64,000 bases of DNA, taken from a virus. Shown piece by piece: positions 20,448 to 31,194 of this stretch. Made by a program: the position numbers and the translations under genes. The notes below the pieces were generated by a model that was not told the origin of the DNA, made no database searches, and worked only from the letters and a program-made list of their open reading frames with translations. Position 1 is the first letter of the stretch, and each line of letters opens with the position of its first letter. Location of the stretch: the IMG/VR virus record IMGVR_UViG_3300035698_006348, positions 1 through 64,000 of that record; one strand, given 5' to 3'.

Positions 20448-21179
20448 ATGAATTGCAGTTTAAAAATTGTATACAAGGGCTTGGTGGATTGTCCAAGTAA
20501 AAGTTATGGTAACTACTGTGGGAATACTGTCCCATTCTCAAGATTTATGAGGGATATGTCATTCACGTATGATGTGGATTATTCCTGTAGGGAATCACTC
20601 CTATATGGAATCAGGAAGTTTACAAGGATGCTTGATGGCCATAAAGAATTATACGGCACAAGGGATTTTTGGATTTATATCTCCGCAACAGAGTATATTG
20701 CTTCAGTGAAAACAACCAATATGATTGAGGAGTTATTTTCAGCAGATGGATGGGGAGTTAGTGTAGAACGAGATAAAAGCATAGCTAATGGTGTAAAAGT
20801 TAAAATTAATCCATACAAAGGATGGGCTGGGCAATTTTCATACAGTTTTATACTTCTGATGTTATGTTTAGAAGTTAGCACGTTTCCCACAACTCCAGAA
20901 GACCTTATTGCCCATATGCTGAGGATAGATATGGTTATACGGGTTGACTGCTTATTTACAGGCTTTGCATACAGACTGCTAAAGGCCTCTCCGCATTCAA
21001 TCCCAAGAGGTGATTTGGGCCCAAGAATAAATGGTTGCTGTAATGCAATAAAAAATTCACCCCTCAATGTGGATAATTTACGTTGGTACAGAGCAAATAT
21101 CAGAAGTCAGTATAATTTTGATACTGAAATATTATCCAAAATGGGATTAAATATTGGTATTTTTAAATTTAGAGGCTAA
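20448..21179 (+). CDS. Hypothetical protein (SCRES motif family)
   Basis: ORF within the amidoligase cluster. Confidence 0.6.
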   Translation: MNCSLKIVYKGLVDCPSKSYGNYCGNTVPFSRFMRDMSFTYDVDYSCRESLLYGIRKFTRMLDGHKELYGTRDFWIYISATEYIASVKTTNMIEELFSADGWGVSVERDKSIANGVKVKINPYKGWAGQFSYSFILLMLCLEVSTFPTTPEDLIAHMLRIDMVIRVDCLFTGFAYRLLKASPHSIPRGDLGPRINGCCNAIKNSPLNVDNLRWYRANIRSQYNFDTEILSKMGLNIGIFKFRG

Positions 21180-21195
21180 AAAAGGAGTATAAAAA

Positions 21196-21813
21196 ATGAA
21201 AATCGGGATCGCATATCCAACATTGCATACCAACTTCCTAAATACATGGGAAGATGTAAAAGTAATTGAATCACGAGATGATATCGCATGGGCTGATTTA
21301 GTGGTGTTTACTGGTGGAGAAGATATAAGCCCATCCATTTATGGGCATCGAGCTACCTACACAAGTGGAACCAACATGAAAAGAGATAACACGGAAAAAA
21401 ATGTCTTTAATTATGCTTCTAGATTAAATAAACATATGCTTGGTATTTGTAGAGGACACCAACTAATTGCTGGGCTTAAAGGAACTAGACTAGTCCAGGA
21501 CATTAATCAAGAAGAATATAGACATCATGGATATCACCATAACGTTGATTGGGAAGTACCACCGATAGACAGATCATACCCATTTGCAGAAGCTGGAAAA
21601 GAGATTGTGGACTTATACTCAGATGGAGTAAATAGTTTGCATCATCAAGGATACACTGATCCAAGCTTTAGTACATGGGTATTGGGGGTGTTTGGTGAGA
21701 TTGTTGAAGCAACAATTAATAAAAGAATTATAACAACACAGTTTCACCCAGAAATGCTATCCACTTTTAGGTCTTTCTTAGAGATAGTAGAAAGATGGGT
21801 AGAGAGATGCTAA
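21196..21813 (+). CDS. Class I glutamine amidotransferase / peptidase C26 (gamma-glutamyl hydrolase-like)
   Basis: TGGEDISP, GICRG.Q, NSLHHQ and QFHPE motifs. Confidence 0.9.
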   Translation: MKIGIAYPTLHTNFLNTWEDVKVIESRDDIAWADLVVFTGGEDISPSIYGHRATYTSGTNMKRDNTEKNVFNYASRLNKHMLGICRGHQLIAGLKGTRLVQDINQEEYRHHGYHHNVDWEVPPIDRSYPFAEAGKEIVDLYSDGVNSLHHQGYTDPSFSTWVLGVFGEIVEATINKRIITTQFHPEMLSTFRSFLEIVERWVERC

Positions 21814-22319
21814 ATCCACTAGGTGATTATATTCTTTCTATGACTCCATCTGGAAATGATGTTAAGAAAAGATTTGGTGATCTAAGCCTACGAATTAAAC
21901 AAGCAATTATTACTGCCAATCGGGATTCCTATCCAAAAATAAATAGTATGAAGCTGGAGTTTGAATCTAAAAATACGACACAATTTAATAAAGATATGGC
22001 TAAATTGAAAAAGTATGTAAAAGAATTAGAAAAAGATTTTGAATGGGTTATACCGTCTATTAGTAAAAATGCTTTGGACGGTAAAAAACTGACTTTCTCT
22101 GAGAAACTTAGGGAAGAACATGCTATGGGAATGGCTACTCCTGATGTTATAAGAGTGAGAGGCGGTGATGTAAGAATGGCTGAAGGAGATACACTTCATG
22201 TGCAAGCACCCACTCAGCCCTATTATTCACCCCCACAAGTTAGAACTAGTAGTGGGTTCTCAACAACTACAGCAACTGATGGCACTTCCACAACATATAC
22301 TCATTCAGATAATGATTAG
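21807..22319 (+). CDS. Hypothetical protein
   Basis: Coupled ORF with low-complexity C-terminus. Confidence 0.55.
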   Translation: MLNPLGDYILSMTPSGNDVKKRFGDLSLRIKQAIITANRDSYPKINSMKLEFESKNTTQFNKDMAKLKKYVKELEKDFEWVIPSISKNALDGKKLTFSEKLREEHAMGMATPDVIRVRGGDVRMAEGDTLHVQAPTQPYYSPPQVRTSSGFSTTTATDGTSTTYTHSDND

Positions 22320-22333
22320 AAAAGGAAAATAAT

Positions 22334-23221
22334 ATGAAAGACCGCGTTGGAATGCAGATTCTGGCATCAAAGAGAACTAATGGACAAATAGGAAATACAA
22401 CTTCAATCTCTCAATTTTGTGCAGCCCTATATGATGGACGATCAGAGAAAAAGATCGTCCTAGTCAGAAACAGTGTGGATTCATGTAGAGAGAGCATATA
22501 TGCAACTTACGCACAAGCCTATGATGCAATACCAAACTCCCATCAAATTGTAAGCGAGTGCTCAGTCTTCATTGGTGTATCACCAATGTACAAAAATGGG
22601 ACACCAGAAAATGTAAAAAAGAAAGTGAGGCAGATTCTTGGTTTTAACTACACTGGTGCCAGTCATATATGGGAATCAAGAGTTATCCAAGAAAGAAACT
22701 TTAATGGAATTACACTTAAAGGTAAATTGGTTACACCAAACATCATATCCCTTATAACTTTTGTACTAAAATATCCAAGTATAAGTACAGTTTCCCATCA
22801 ATCCATGATTACTATGGGAATGGGAGATATTGACCATGGTACCTATGGTATTAGTAAAAATCAAGTTTTCCTAACTACAATGATGCTTCATGCAGTGGAG
22901 CATAGAAAAAGTTTCTGTAGTGTTGTCTTAGCCTTTGGAAACCAAGCCTCAAATGGAATAGGGACTTATTTACTTAAGTTTCCTCCAAAAAGTTTTATTG
23001 TGGAAGCTATTAAATACTATATTAAATATAGAAAAACATTTGATAAAATGTACTTTACTCCAGATTTTCTATTTGCAGGAACAGTTTTTGAAACCAAAGA
23101 AGCCTATGATATTTTCTTTAAAACCCTGGTTGAGCTTATGCCAAATACTATACATCCTGATACAAATTGCCCAGAAGATGAAGATGATTGGGATGAAGAA
23201 GATGAGGATTATGATGATTAA
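22334..23221 (+). CDS. Hypothetical protein (SCRES motif family) with acidic tail
   Basis: DSCRESIY; C-terminal EDEDDWDEEDEDYDD. Confidence 0.6.
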   Translation: MKDRVGMQILASKRTNGQIGNTTSISQFCAALYDGRSEKKIVLVRNSVDSCRESIYATYAQAYDAIPNSHQIVSECSVFIGVSPMYKNGTPENVKKKVRQILGFNYTGASHIWESRVIQERNFNGITLKGKLVTPNIISLITFVLKYPSISTVSHQSMITMGMGDIDHGTYGISKNQVFLTTMMLHAVEHRKSFCSVVLAFGNQASNGIGTYLLKFPPKSFIVEAIKYYIKYRKTFDKMYFTPDFLFAGTVFETKEAYDIFFKTLVELMPNTIHPDTNCPEDEDDWDEEDEDYDD

Positions 23222-23933
23222 GCCCACTTACACTAATACCAGAGTATCTATATATGTAAAAGATACAGAATCTGGAAATATCACTTATCGTCTTGGTTCT
23301 TATTGTAAAGATATATTATTAAATGGGATTGTAGCTATTTTACGTCTCGACAATAAAACGATTGGGCTAACACTTCCAGTAGACACAAAACCTAAGCATA
23401 TCCATAGATTTATAAACATACTCAATAAAATTTATGGGGTGGAAATTACATGGGAAACTATAGAATCATTACCTGTACTATGGATAGAAAATGAAATACC
23501 AACTCATCTGTATGTATTTATAATCCATCTAATTAAGCATGGAGAGTTTGATTTTTATAGTGATATATATAATGAACTTACACCTGGGTGGGATTTAGCT
23601 TTTGGACGTAGCAGTATAGCGAGTTGGCTACTCAGTAAAATTCCAAATGACACACGGTCTACCTATATGCTATCTTCTGCTTTTTATGCTTTTCTTAGAC
23701 CAGAAGAAATAGTTGAGGAAATCCCGAAAAATATTGGTTGTGCTATGGTGATTGAATTATCCAAAACACACCGTATGTTTTATTTTGTTAGAGTTAATTT
23801 TGAATGGTTCGATAAAAGGTTTAAAGAGCAGTTAACGACCCATGTGGATGATTTAGTAATGTGTATGTCAGAAACTGACTGGTTATTGATTAGAGCTTAT
23901 ATTACATGCCTTATACATATGAAAAGGAGCTAA
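23211..23933 (+). CDS. Hypothetical protein (YCKD motif)
   Basis: Likely start ATG 23211 after GAGG. Confidence 0.55.
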   Translation: MMIKPTYTNTRVSIYVKDTESGNITYRLGSYCKDILLNGIVAILRLDNKTIGLTLPVDTKPKHIHRFINILNKIYGVEITWETIESLPVLWIENEIPTHLYVFIIHLIKHGEFDFYSDIYNELTPGWDLAFGRSSIASWLLSKIPNDTRSTYMLSSAFYAFLRPEEIVEEIPKNIGCAMVIELSKTHRMFYFVRVNFEWFDKRFKEQLTTHVDDLVMCMSETDWLLIRAYITCLIHMKRS

Positions 23934-23934
23934 G

Positions 23935-24303
23935 ATGGAGAACAAAATGGTTAAAGAATTACTTACAGAAAAAGAACTAATGGAAAAAGTAAAACAAGCA
24001 AATAATATAATGAAACTTAGATATGATAGTGATGATTTTAGTATGATATGGGTCTTACGTTTTAAGTATAATGGAAATAATGATTACTTTATATATAATG
24101 CAGAGGGAGACTATAATATCTTTATTTCTCCATATTATATATCTATCTCTGGAAATATGGGAGCAATTATGAAGTTTTTTGACAATCATTATGGAAATAT
24201 TTTCCCAAAATTAGAAATAGACTCAGAAACAATGGAAGTTATGTTAGAAGAATGGCGTGGATTTAATAAACTAATGCCTATTATAAGTGGAGAGGATAAA
24301 TAA
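23935..24303 (+). CDS. Hypothetical protein
   Basis: AAGGAG RBS. Confidence 0.55.
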   Translation: MENKMVKELLTEKELMEKVKQANNIMKLRYDSDDFSMIWVLRFKYNGNNDYFIYNAEGDYNIFISPYYISISGNMGAIMKFFDNHYGNIFPKLEIDSETMEVMLEEWRGFNKLMPIISGEDK

Positions 24304-24304
24304 A

Positions 24305-25522
24305 ATGTTAAAAATTTCTGGTAAATATAATGAAGCAGTAGTATATGCAAATGAAGTTGAAGAGACTGCCAAAGACCAAATCATTGAATTGTGTAACCAA
24401 CAATTTACTGCTGGATGGGCTATTAGAATGATGCCAGATTTACATGCTGGTGCTGGATGTGTAATTGGAACAACTATTGATCTGAAAGAGAATAAGAAGA
24501 TTGTACCAAACCTCATTGGGGTAGATATTGGCTGTGGGGTTAGAGTTGTACATCTAGGAAAGGTGGATATTGATTTTGATAAATTAGAAAACTTTATTAG
24601 AACAAATATCCCAACTGGATTTCATGTTAGAAGTAAACCTCATAGGTTATTGGAAGAAACAAGACTACGTGATCTATGCTGTTATTCAGATGTTTACAAG
24701 CCAAAGCATAAATTAGCCATTGGAACTCTCGGAAGTGGCAATCATTTTATTGAGATAGATAAAGATAACCAAGGAAATAAATATTTACTAATCCATACTG
24801 GTAGTAGAAATTTAGGGTTCAGGATAGCTAATTTTTGGCAAAGAAGAGCTATTGAGACCATTGGTATAGCCAAAATTAAATATAGGGAGGATGTAATTGC
24901 CCATGCAAAGAAAACAAATGAAGAAGGTACTATCCAAGATAGACTTAAAGGAAATTTTTTAAGGACACCACCAGAGGCATTGTGTTATCTAGAAGGAGTA
25001 AACTTTGATGGTTACATGATGGATATGAAGGTAGCCCAGGAATATGCAGAGCTAAACAGAAAAGCCATAGCAGAGGTTATCATCGAAGGTATGGGATTTA
25101 CACCTATTCATCAATTCTCATCGGTCCATAACTATATTGAAGATTCAAGAATTATTAGAAAAGGTGCAGTCTCTGCCAAAGAGGGTGAACGGCTAATTAT
25201 CCCAATCAATATGAGGGATGGGGCTTTACTATGTGCTGGTCTTGGGAATAAAGATGCAAACTATTCTGCTCCACACGGGGCTGGTAGACTATATTCACGT
25301 GGTGATGCAAAGAGAAAACTTAGCATGGCTACATATGAAAGTGAGATGTCTGAGGTTTATACAACAAGTGTAACTCCAGAAACTCTTGATGAATGTGCTG
25401 GAGCGTATAAACCAATAGAAGAGATTATTAAAAACATTGATACTCTGGTAACAGTTACTGAACATATAGTACCAGTATACTCACTAAAGGATATCCCAGA
25501 GAAAAGAAGAAGGAGAAGGTAA
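24305..25522 (+). CDS. rtcB: RtcB family RNA ligase
   Basis: MPDLHAG, GVDIGCG, GTLGSGNHF, HTGSR, HNY, RKGA, SAPHGAGR and DE..AYK motifs. Confidence 0.95.
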   Translation: MLKISGKYNEAVVYANEVEETAKDQIIELCNQQFTAGWAIRMMPDLHAGAGCVIGTTIDLKENKKIVPNLIGVDIGCGVRVVHLGKVDIDFDKLENFIRTNIPTGFHVRSKPHRLLEETRLRDLCCYSDVYKPKHKLAIGTLGSGNHFIEIDKDNQGNKYLLIHTGSRNLGFRIANFWQRRAIETIGIAKIKYREDVIAHAKKTNEEGTIQDRLKGNFLRTPPEALCYLEGVNFDGYMMDMKVAQEYAELNRKAIAEVIIEGMGFTPIHQFSSVHNYIEDSRIIRKGAVSAKEGERLIIPINMRDGALLCAGLGNKDANYSAPHGAGRLYSRGDAKRKLSMATYESEMSEVYTTSVTPETLDECAGAYKPIEEIIKNIDTLVTVTEHIVPVYSLKDIPEKRRRRR

Positions 25523-26225
25523 TGCCCACTGTAACATATTGTTTTTATGGAGTGTATAGAACTATGTATAAAATGGATAATATTCTATGTAAAGTTACTG
25601 AGGATAATGGGTATTACAGAACAACACATATACCATCAGCTACAACTGGTTTAGAAGCTATCCGTAGTAAATTCCCCATAACTCCTTTGGCAACCGTAGT
25701 ATATAAAGGACTTTATGAAGAACATGGTTTTAAAGGATTTAATATTATCGACTGTGAAGATAAGCATATATGGTTACATGCTGGCGTTGATTTAAATAAT
25801 AAATTTGTGTTTGAATATACACCAAAAAAGGCGGGTGTAGTGGATAAAGATGGGTTTATTTGGATATAGAAAAGGATAAGATAATGGAATTTGATTTTTA
25901 TGGAACATATAAGGATATGTTTAAAATGGGCACTGTGATAGCTTTAGTAACTCCTGATGAGCATCTTGGATTCAGAACTGAATTTATATCTGCTGCTATA
26001 GAAATAGCTAATAAATTCTCTGAAGAACCATTGGCAAGAGTAACATATAAATCTATACTATCAGAAGGATGGAAAGGATTTACATTAACTGATGCAGAGG
26101 ATGGACATATTTGGCTAACTGCTGGTACTAAAGAAGATCATTATGGTAATAAAGAGTTTGTATTTCTATCTAATATGGAACAAAAACAATCAAAAGTGGA
26201 TAGTGAAGGTTTTGTATGGATGTAA
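25522..26225 (+). CDS. Two tandem paralogous hypothetical proteins (25522-25869, about 25883-26225)
   Basis: Shared FYG.Y..M.KM, PLA.V.YK, KGF...D.ED.HIWL.AG, N.FVF and VD..GF.W. Confidence 0.7.
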
Positions 26226-26240
26226 AAAAGGAGGAATAGA

Positions 26241-26850
26241 ATGGCTGCTATTGATAAAATCTATGGCACAACACAAGAATTTCTTGAGTTTTTTGAATGG
26301 TGTAAGAAAAATAAAAAGAGTGCTTTACCATATTTTTATTATGCTAGTAATGAACATATTACAAATATCAGAATGAAAGAGTGGAATGATGGGAAAAATC
26401 ACGTGATTTCAAACTTCCCAAAACACATTGATGTATGGATGCTTAATAATTGTCCACTAGAGTTTATTACTAAGAAAATTAAAGAACAATATAATATGGA
26501 TTAGGAGAATTAAAATGAGAATTGATATTGAAACAGTGAATCTTATACAGTATCTACGGAGAATGATTAATCAAACACCATTAGAAGAAATTGAGTGGTA
26601 TTCTGAGGGTAAACAATTAATACCTCCACCAGAAACTATCAAAGAGTTTAACTATATTGGATTAAGTAATATTCAATTTGTAACATGTGATTACAAAGAT
26701 TGGAGAGAAGATTGGCCAGTAAATGCTGTACCCTCTAGGGAACGTAGAGAATATCTACGGGATGGTGTGGAAGACTTTTTTATTGACAATAAGGATATAC
26801 TTAGTAGATTGGCAGAACTGACTAAAGAAATATATAAAGAGGAGAATTAA
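26241..26850 (+). CDS. Two hypothetical proteins (26241-26504, 26515-26850)
   Basis: Strong RBSs. Confidence 0.6.
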
Positions 26851-27225
26851 ATGAGTGAAAATGAGAAATGCCCAGTGTGTAATAGTGATGGTGTACTTAT
26901 GCAAACAGAATTTTATAATCAATTCTATGTAGTATGCTCTAGGTTATTTGATTGTGGTTGGAGAAGACAAGAAGCATTTAATACAGAAAAAGAAGCTTGG
27001 CAATCCTGGGATTACCGCCCAGAAAATGATATTGAATCGGGGACAACATCTTATTTACAGACACGTTGTGGAATACAAAAAATATCAATAAAAAAATTGA
27101 GAACAGAAATGGAAAGATTAAAAGATATTATCAATCGAACGCATGATGAAGCATGTAATATATTTTGTGATTCTGGTATAAATTCAGGAAAATTAATGGA
27201 AATTTTAGAGGAAGAAGTAAAATGA
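26851..27225 (+). CDS. Lar-like Zn-ribbon protein
   Basis: CPVC...YVVC...CG...TEKEAW..W..R. Confidence 0.5.
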   Translation: MSENEKCPVCNSDGVLMQTEFYNQFYVVCSRLFDCGWRRQEAFNTEKEAWQSWDYRPENDIESGTTSYLQTRCGIQKISIKKLRTEMERLKDIINRTHDEACNIFCDSGINSGKLMEILEEEVK

Positions 27226-27980
27226 AACTAAATAAATCTGTAAAATTATACAAAGTACTACGTGGTGGCGGGAACTCATGCCATGGCGGTAACTGTGTTT
27301 GGTCTCTACCTGATGGTGATACACCAGGTAAATGGATGCCAAAAATTAATGATAAACTAGTAGTATGTAAAAATGGATACCATCTTATTACAAGAAACTT
27401 CCTAATTGACTGGATTAATTTGGGAGTTTATGAAGCGGAATGTAAAGGAAAAACTTTATTATCTGGTGATAAAATTGTTACAAAAAAAGTTAGACTACTA
27501 CGCAGAGTTGGGCTTTTGGATAAAAGACTGGTCAGACTTTTTACTTACGATTGTGTTGATAGAATATTACCTATGTTTGAGAATGAGAATCCGTATGATA
27601 AAATCCTAAGAAAAGCAATAGAAACAGCAAGATTATATGCAGATGGTAAAGCAACAGAAAAAGAAATAATTATGGTAAGAGAGGAGGCTGAAAATATACT
27701 ACTAGCATGTACCACAGACACTAGAACAAAATATGCAATAACTGCTGTTATATCTGCTACTCTATTATATGATAATCCAAAGAATCTTAACGTATTGCTT
27801 TGTGAACTGGATTTTGTGGCATATATTGCAAAAAGTGTTGCAAATAGTGCAAGAATCTCAAAGGCACATGCTATGATGGAACAAGGTATAAAATGTAATA
27901 CCACATATATTAGCGAAAGAGCCTGGCAAAGCGATAAATTGTTTGAATATTTAGAGGTAGGGAATAAACTATACTCGTAA
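27222..27980 (+). CDS. Conserved phage hypothetical protein with Imm5-like C-terminal segment
   Basis: C.NGYH N-domain; RLF..DC...L...R.AIETAR.YA.G...ER.WQ. Confidence 0.5.
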   Translation: MKLNKSVKLYKVLRGGGNSCHGGNCVWSLPDGDTPGKWMPKINDKLVVCKNGYHLITRNFLIDWINLGVYEAECKGKTLLSGDKIVTKKVRLLRRVGLLDKRLVRLFTYDCVDRILPMFENENPYDKILRKAIETARLYADGKATEKEIIMVREEAENILLACTTDTRTKYAITAVISATLLYDNPKNLNVLLCELDFVAYIAKSVANSARISKAHAMMEQGIKCNTTYISERAWQSDKLFEYLEVGNKLYS

Positions 27981-28000
27981 TAAAATAGTTTTACTTAATT

Positions 28001-28040
28001 AAAAAGAGCCCGATGGGAAAGTCCATCGGGCTCTTTTTTT
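28001..28040. terminator. Bidirectional terminator between the converging early and replication operons
   Basis: AAAAAGAGCCCGATGG-GAAAGT-CCATCGGGCTCTTTTTTT. Confidence 0.9.
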
Positions 28041-28049
28041 ATGGTTATA

Positions 28050-30353
28050 TCATTTATTCAGTATCTGGAAAAACTTAGATTTATCTCTGTAAATTGTGCC
28101 TCCTTTTAACTCTGACTTCCACATATAAATATACATAGCAAATACTTCATCTACTGTAGTATTAGTTGGACAATTAATTGTTTTACTAATACTATTGGTA
28201 ATATACTCTTGCCATGCTGATTGCATGTTTACATGGTCTTTCCAATCAAGATCATGAGCAGTAATAAATACTTCCTTAAGCTTATCTGGAACTCCATCTA
28301 TATCTTGTAGTGAGCCTTTAGCTATAATTTCTTTCTTTATTTCCTCTAAATTTTCAACCCCATATTCTTCTAGTTTTCTAAATAGAATTGGGTTTACTTC
28401 TACAATCTTATCCTTTACAGAATTACCAACACCCTCTGTTATATATCTAGTGTAAGCTAAAGCAAAGAATGGTTCAATACCAGAATTTACTCCAGCTAGT
28501 AAAGCAATACTTCCTGTTGGTGCTATTGATGTAACTGATACATTCCGTAATGGAAAGTCAGTACGTTCAATAGGTTTATTTATTCCAGATAGTGGGGAAT
28601 TTAATACTCTATTTACTGATGAGAAGTCAATCTGCTCCGCATCATAATCAGGAAATGTTCCGCGTTCTTCTGCAAGTACATTTGACTCCAATATAGCAAA
28701 GAATGAAATAAACCATCCTAAATAATTTGCGAGAGTTATAGCATCTTTGGAATTATATGGCATCTCCAGCTCTGCTAACAAATCAGCAAACCCCATAACA
28801 CCTACACCAAGCCTACGCAATGCTTTGGATGTAGTGTTGATTTCATCAATCTGGGTCTCCGAGATCGTCTGAACATTATCAAGAAATCTTACGGACTTTC
28901 TAACTAAAAACTCTAAGAACTCTAAATTGAGTGCCTTCGTGTTAAAATCATATACACTATGTAAGTTAATACTACCTAAGCAACATGATTCATGTGGTAA
29001 TAGGGGGACTTCACCGCATGGGTTGGTCGTATCTATATCTCCCTTATACTTCCTAACTATATTATCTTTGTTTACTCTATCTAAGAATAGAATTCCTGGA
29101 TCTCCAGACTCCCAAGCCCGTAAAGCAATATTATATAAAATAGCTCTGGCTGGTACAGTTTTTACTACCTTCTTATCAACAACAGATAATAAATTCCAAT
29201 TCTTATCCTCAATAACTGCTTCCATAAAATCATCTGTAATTCCAATAGAGACATTGAAATGAGTTAGTTGATTGTTCTGTAATACATGAGATAAATCTTC
29301 AATGTTTCCAGCATCCTTAGAATACGCCTGGAATTCACTAATCAGGCGTTTATTTTTTTCAGTTAATGTAGATTTATAATCTATAAATTCAATAACATCT
29401 GGATGAGTAATATTCATAATACCCATCTGTGCTCCTCTTCTAGAAGCCTGTTGTATTACTTCTCCTGTATGGTCAAACAAGGTCATAAAAGATAATGGAC
29501 CAGAATTATGTGAAATAAATCCATTTGCAATAAAATTATGAAACGGCTTTTTCATCGCTAAATCATACACCTTCTCAATACCAACATATTCAATGGAAAT
29601 AATCTTATCAAAGTATATTTCCTTGTGTAATCTTGGATTTCCTACTGCAATTAAGTCTCCAACAGAGAATTGTTTTGTTTCTTGCCAATCATGTTTAGAA
29701 TTTAAAAACCTATGATTACTTGTCGCCTTTATTGAATATCCGTCTTCTGTGGTTATTTTATAGACCTTTTCCTCTCCATTGTAAATAATATCCACTATAC
29801 TATTTAGACCCAATGAATTATTTTCTTTCATACACCTAATAAGAGGAAAAACCTTGCCTCTAGACCTTCTATCAAATAATGTGGAAAGAGTTACTTCCTC
29901 TTTTTGTTTCCATCTTGCACTATCTTTATATACAACTGTGTCACCAGTCAAACAAGCCTTACCTCCAGTAGTTTTTATCTCAGCACCCTTTTCTCTAATA
30001 CGAGAGAAATTATATCCTACTCCCCCTCCCCAAGCAAACACTTCAGCAGACTTACCTAAAGCATCATATAATGATTTTCGTGAGTCCTCTATTGGAATCA
30101 CAAAGCAGTTCATAAGATTCTTTATACCAGTACCAGCATTAGCTATAACTCTCCCACCTGGAAGAAAAGCATTATTACTAATCATATTGAAGAAGTCTCC
30201 AGCTAACTTGGAGACTTCTTCTTTTGTTTTACCATATGAAAGTTCTGCATTAGCCACTGTTGAACTTACTCTCCAGCAAGCCTCTTCCCATGTTTCTTTT
30301 GGATCCACAGCATACTTCATCTTGAATATTCTGTTTGCTACATCATTTAACAT
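28050..30353 (-). CDS. nrdJ: Class II (adenosylcobalamin-dependent) ribonucleotide reductase, intein-containing
   Basis: FLPGGR, NCFV, GGGVG, RRGAQM, TNPCGE, SIAPTG and SKTIN motifs; no class I small subunit in the window. Confidence 0.85.
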   Translation of the reverse strand: MLNDVANRIFKMKYAVDPKETWEEACWRVSSTVANAELSYGKTKEEVSKLAGDFFNMISNNAFLPGGRVIANAGTGIKNLMNCFVIPIEDSRKSLYDALGKSAEVFAWGGGVGYNFSRIREKGAEIKTTGGKACLTGDTVVYKDSARWKQKEEVTLSTLFDRRSRGKVFPLIRCMKENNSLGLNSIVDIIYNGEEKVYKITTEDGYSIKATSNHRFLNSKHDWQETKQFSVGDLIAVGNPRLHKEIYFDKIISIEYVGIEKVYDLAMKKPFHNFIANGFISHNSGPLSFMTLFDHTGEVIQQASRRGAQMGIMNITHPDVIEFIDYKSTLTEKNKRLISEFQAYSKDAGNIEDLSHVLQNNQLTHFNVSIGITDDFMEAVIEDKNWNLLSVVDKKVVKTVPARAILYNIALRAWESGDPGILFLDRVNKDNIVRKYKGDIDTTNPCGEVPLLPHESCCLGSINLHSVYDFNTKALNLEFLEFLVRKSVRFLDNVQTISETQIDEINTTSKALRRLGVGVMGFADLLAELEMPYNSKDAITLANYLGWFISFFAILESNVLAEERGTFPDYDAEQIDFSSVNRVLNSPLSGINKPIERTDFPLRNVSVTSIAPTGSIALLAGVNSGIEPFFALAYTRYITEGVGNSVKDKIVEVNPILFRKLEEYGVENLEEIKKEIIAKGSLQDIDGVPDKLKEVFITAHDLDWKDHVNMQSAWQEYITNSISKTINCPTNTTVDEVFAMYIYMWKSELKGGTIYRDKSKFFQILNK
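29505..29954 (-). mobile_element. Mini-intein (150 aa, no endonuclease) in NrdJ
   Basis: Starts CLTGDT; block B ATSNHRF; ends VYDL...NFIANGFISHN|S; removal restores GGKA-SGPLSF. Confidence 0.9.
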
Positions 30354-30363
30354 AGATAATCCC

Positions 30364-31194
30364 TTATTTTAATAATAAACCTTGATAATCTTTACTGAAT
30401 ATAAATACTTCCCGTGACTTTTCAGCACCTGGGAACATTCCATAAGCCCACTGTTCAGGCTCTGCTCTTATAAAATCTCTGTACAAGTTACCTATATAAT
30501 CTGAATTATTATAAGTCATAATCCAATTCAGTTTATTCGTAAGAAGGTCTCTTAGTTCTTCATGAGGGAATCCTTTATGTAAACTACCATCTTTACCATA
30601 ATACTCAGAATTATTACCTAAAGCATAAGGGGGATCAAGAAACATAAACGTATCCTCTGTATTATTATTTATTGTATCTCTAAAATCCTGTAAATCTACA
30701 GAGAAGTTATCTACTTTGAATTTAGATAAAAAGTTTACATTAGACTCTTTGAAGCCTTTTTGTTTCTTTGCCATACTTCCAGACATTCCTCTACCTGAGA
30801 AAGAGGCTCTATTTAAAACATAGAACTGTACAGCTTTTTGATACTGAGTTTTGTATACAGTCTTCTTTAGGGCTTTAAAATCATCAACAGAAATAGGTAA
30901 AAACTCCATTGCAGCTTTTGCAACACCTTCTGCGTTGTCTATAACTTCCTTCCAAAAATCTACCAATAATGGATAACCATCGTAACACTTTGTTTTTACT
31001 CCTACTGAGGCAGTAGATAACTCTACCCAAGCCCCACCAACAAATGGGGAGATAATTTTTTCTACTTCCCATGGAATACATGCTAGTATTTGTCGAATAG
31101 CTTTTGATTTTCCTCCTGGATACTGTAATGGAGAACGTGGTAGATTCTTTCTAGGCAACAACTCCCCTAAATTATTTTCTATATGCAACATCAA
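30364..31194 (-). CDS. DNA adenine methyltransferase (Dam/D12 class)
   Basis: YPGGKS, PFVGGA and FLDPPY motifs. Confidence 0.9.
   Translation of the reverse strand: MMLHIENNLGELLPRKNLPRSPLQYPGGKSKAIRQILACIPWEVEKIISPFVGGAWVELSTASVGVKTKCYDGYPLLVDFWKEVIDNAEGVAKAAMEFLPISVDDFKALKKTVYKTQYQKAVQFYVLNRASFSGRGMSGSMAKKQKGFKESNVNFLSKFKVDNFSVDLQDFRDTINNNTEDTFMFLDPPYALGNNSEYYGKDGSLHKGFPHEELRDLLTNKLNWIMTYNNSDYIGNLYRDFIRAEPEQWAYGMFPGAEKSREVFIFSKDYQGLLLK

Noticed and set aside
30364-31194. Restriction-modification system
   Set aside because: No adjacent restriction endonuclease; appears to be an orphan protective methyltransferase
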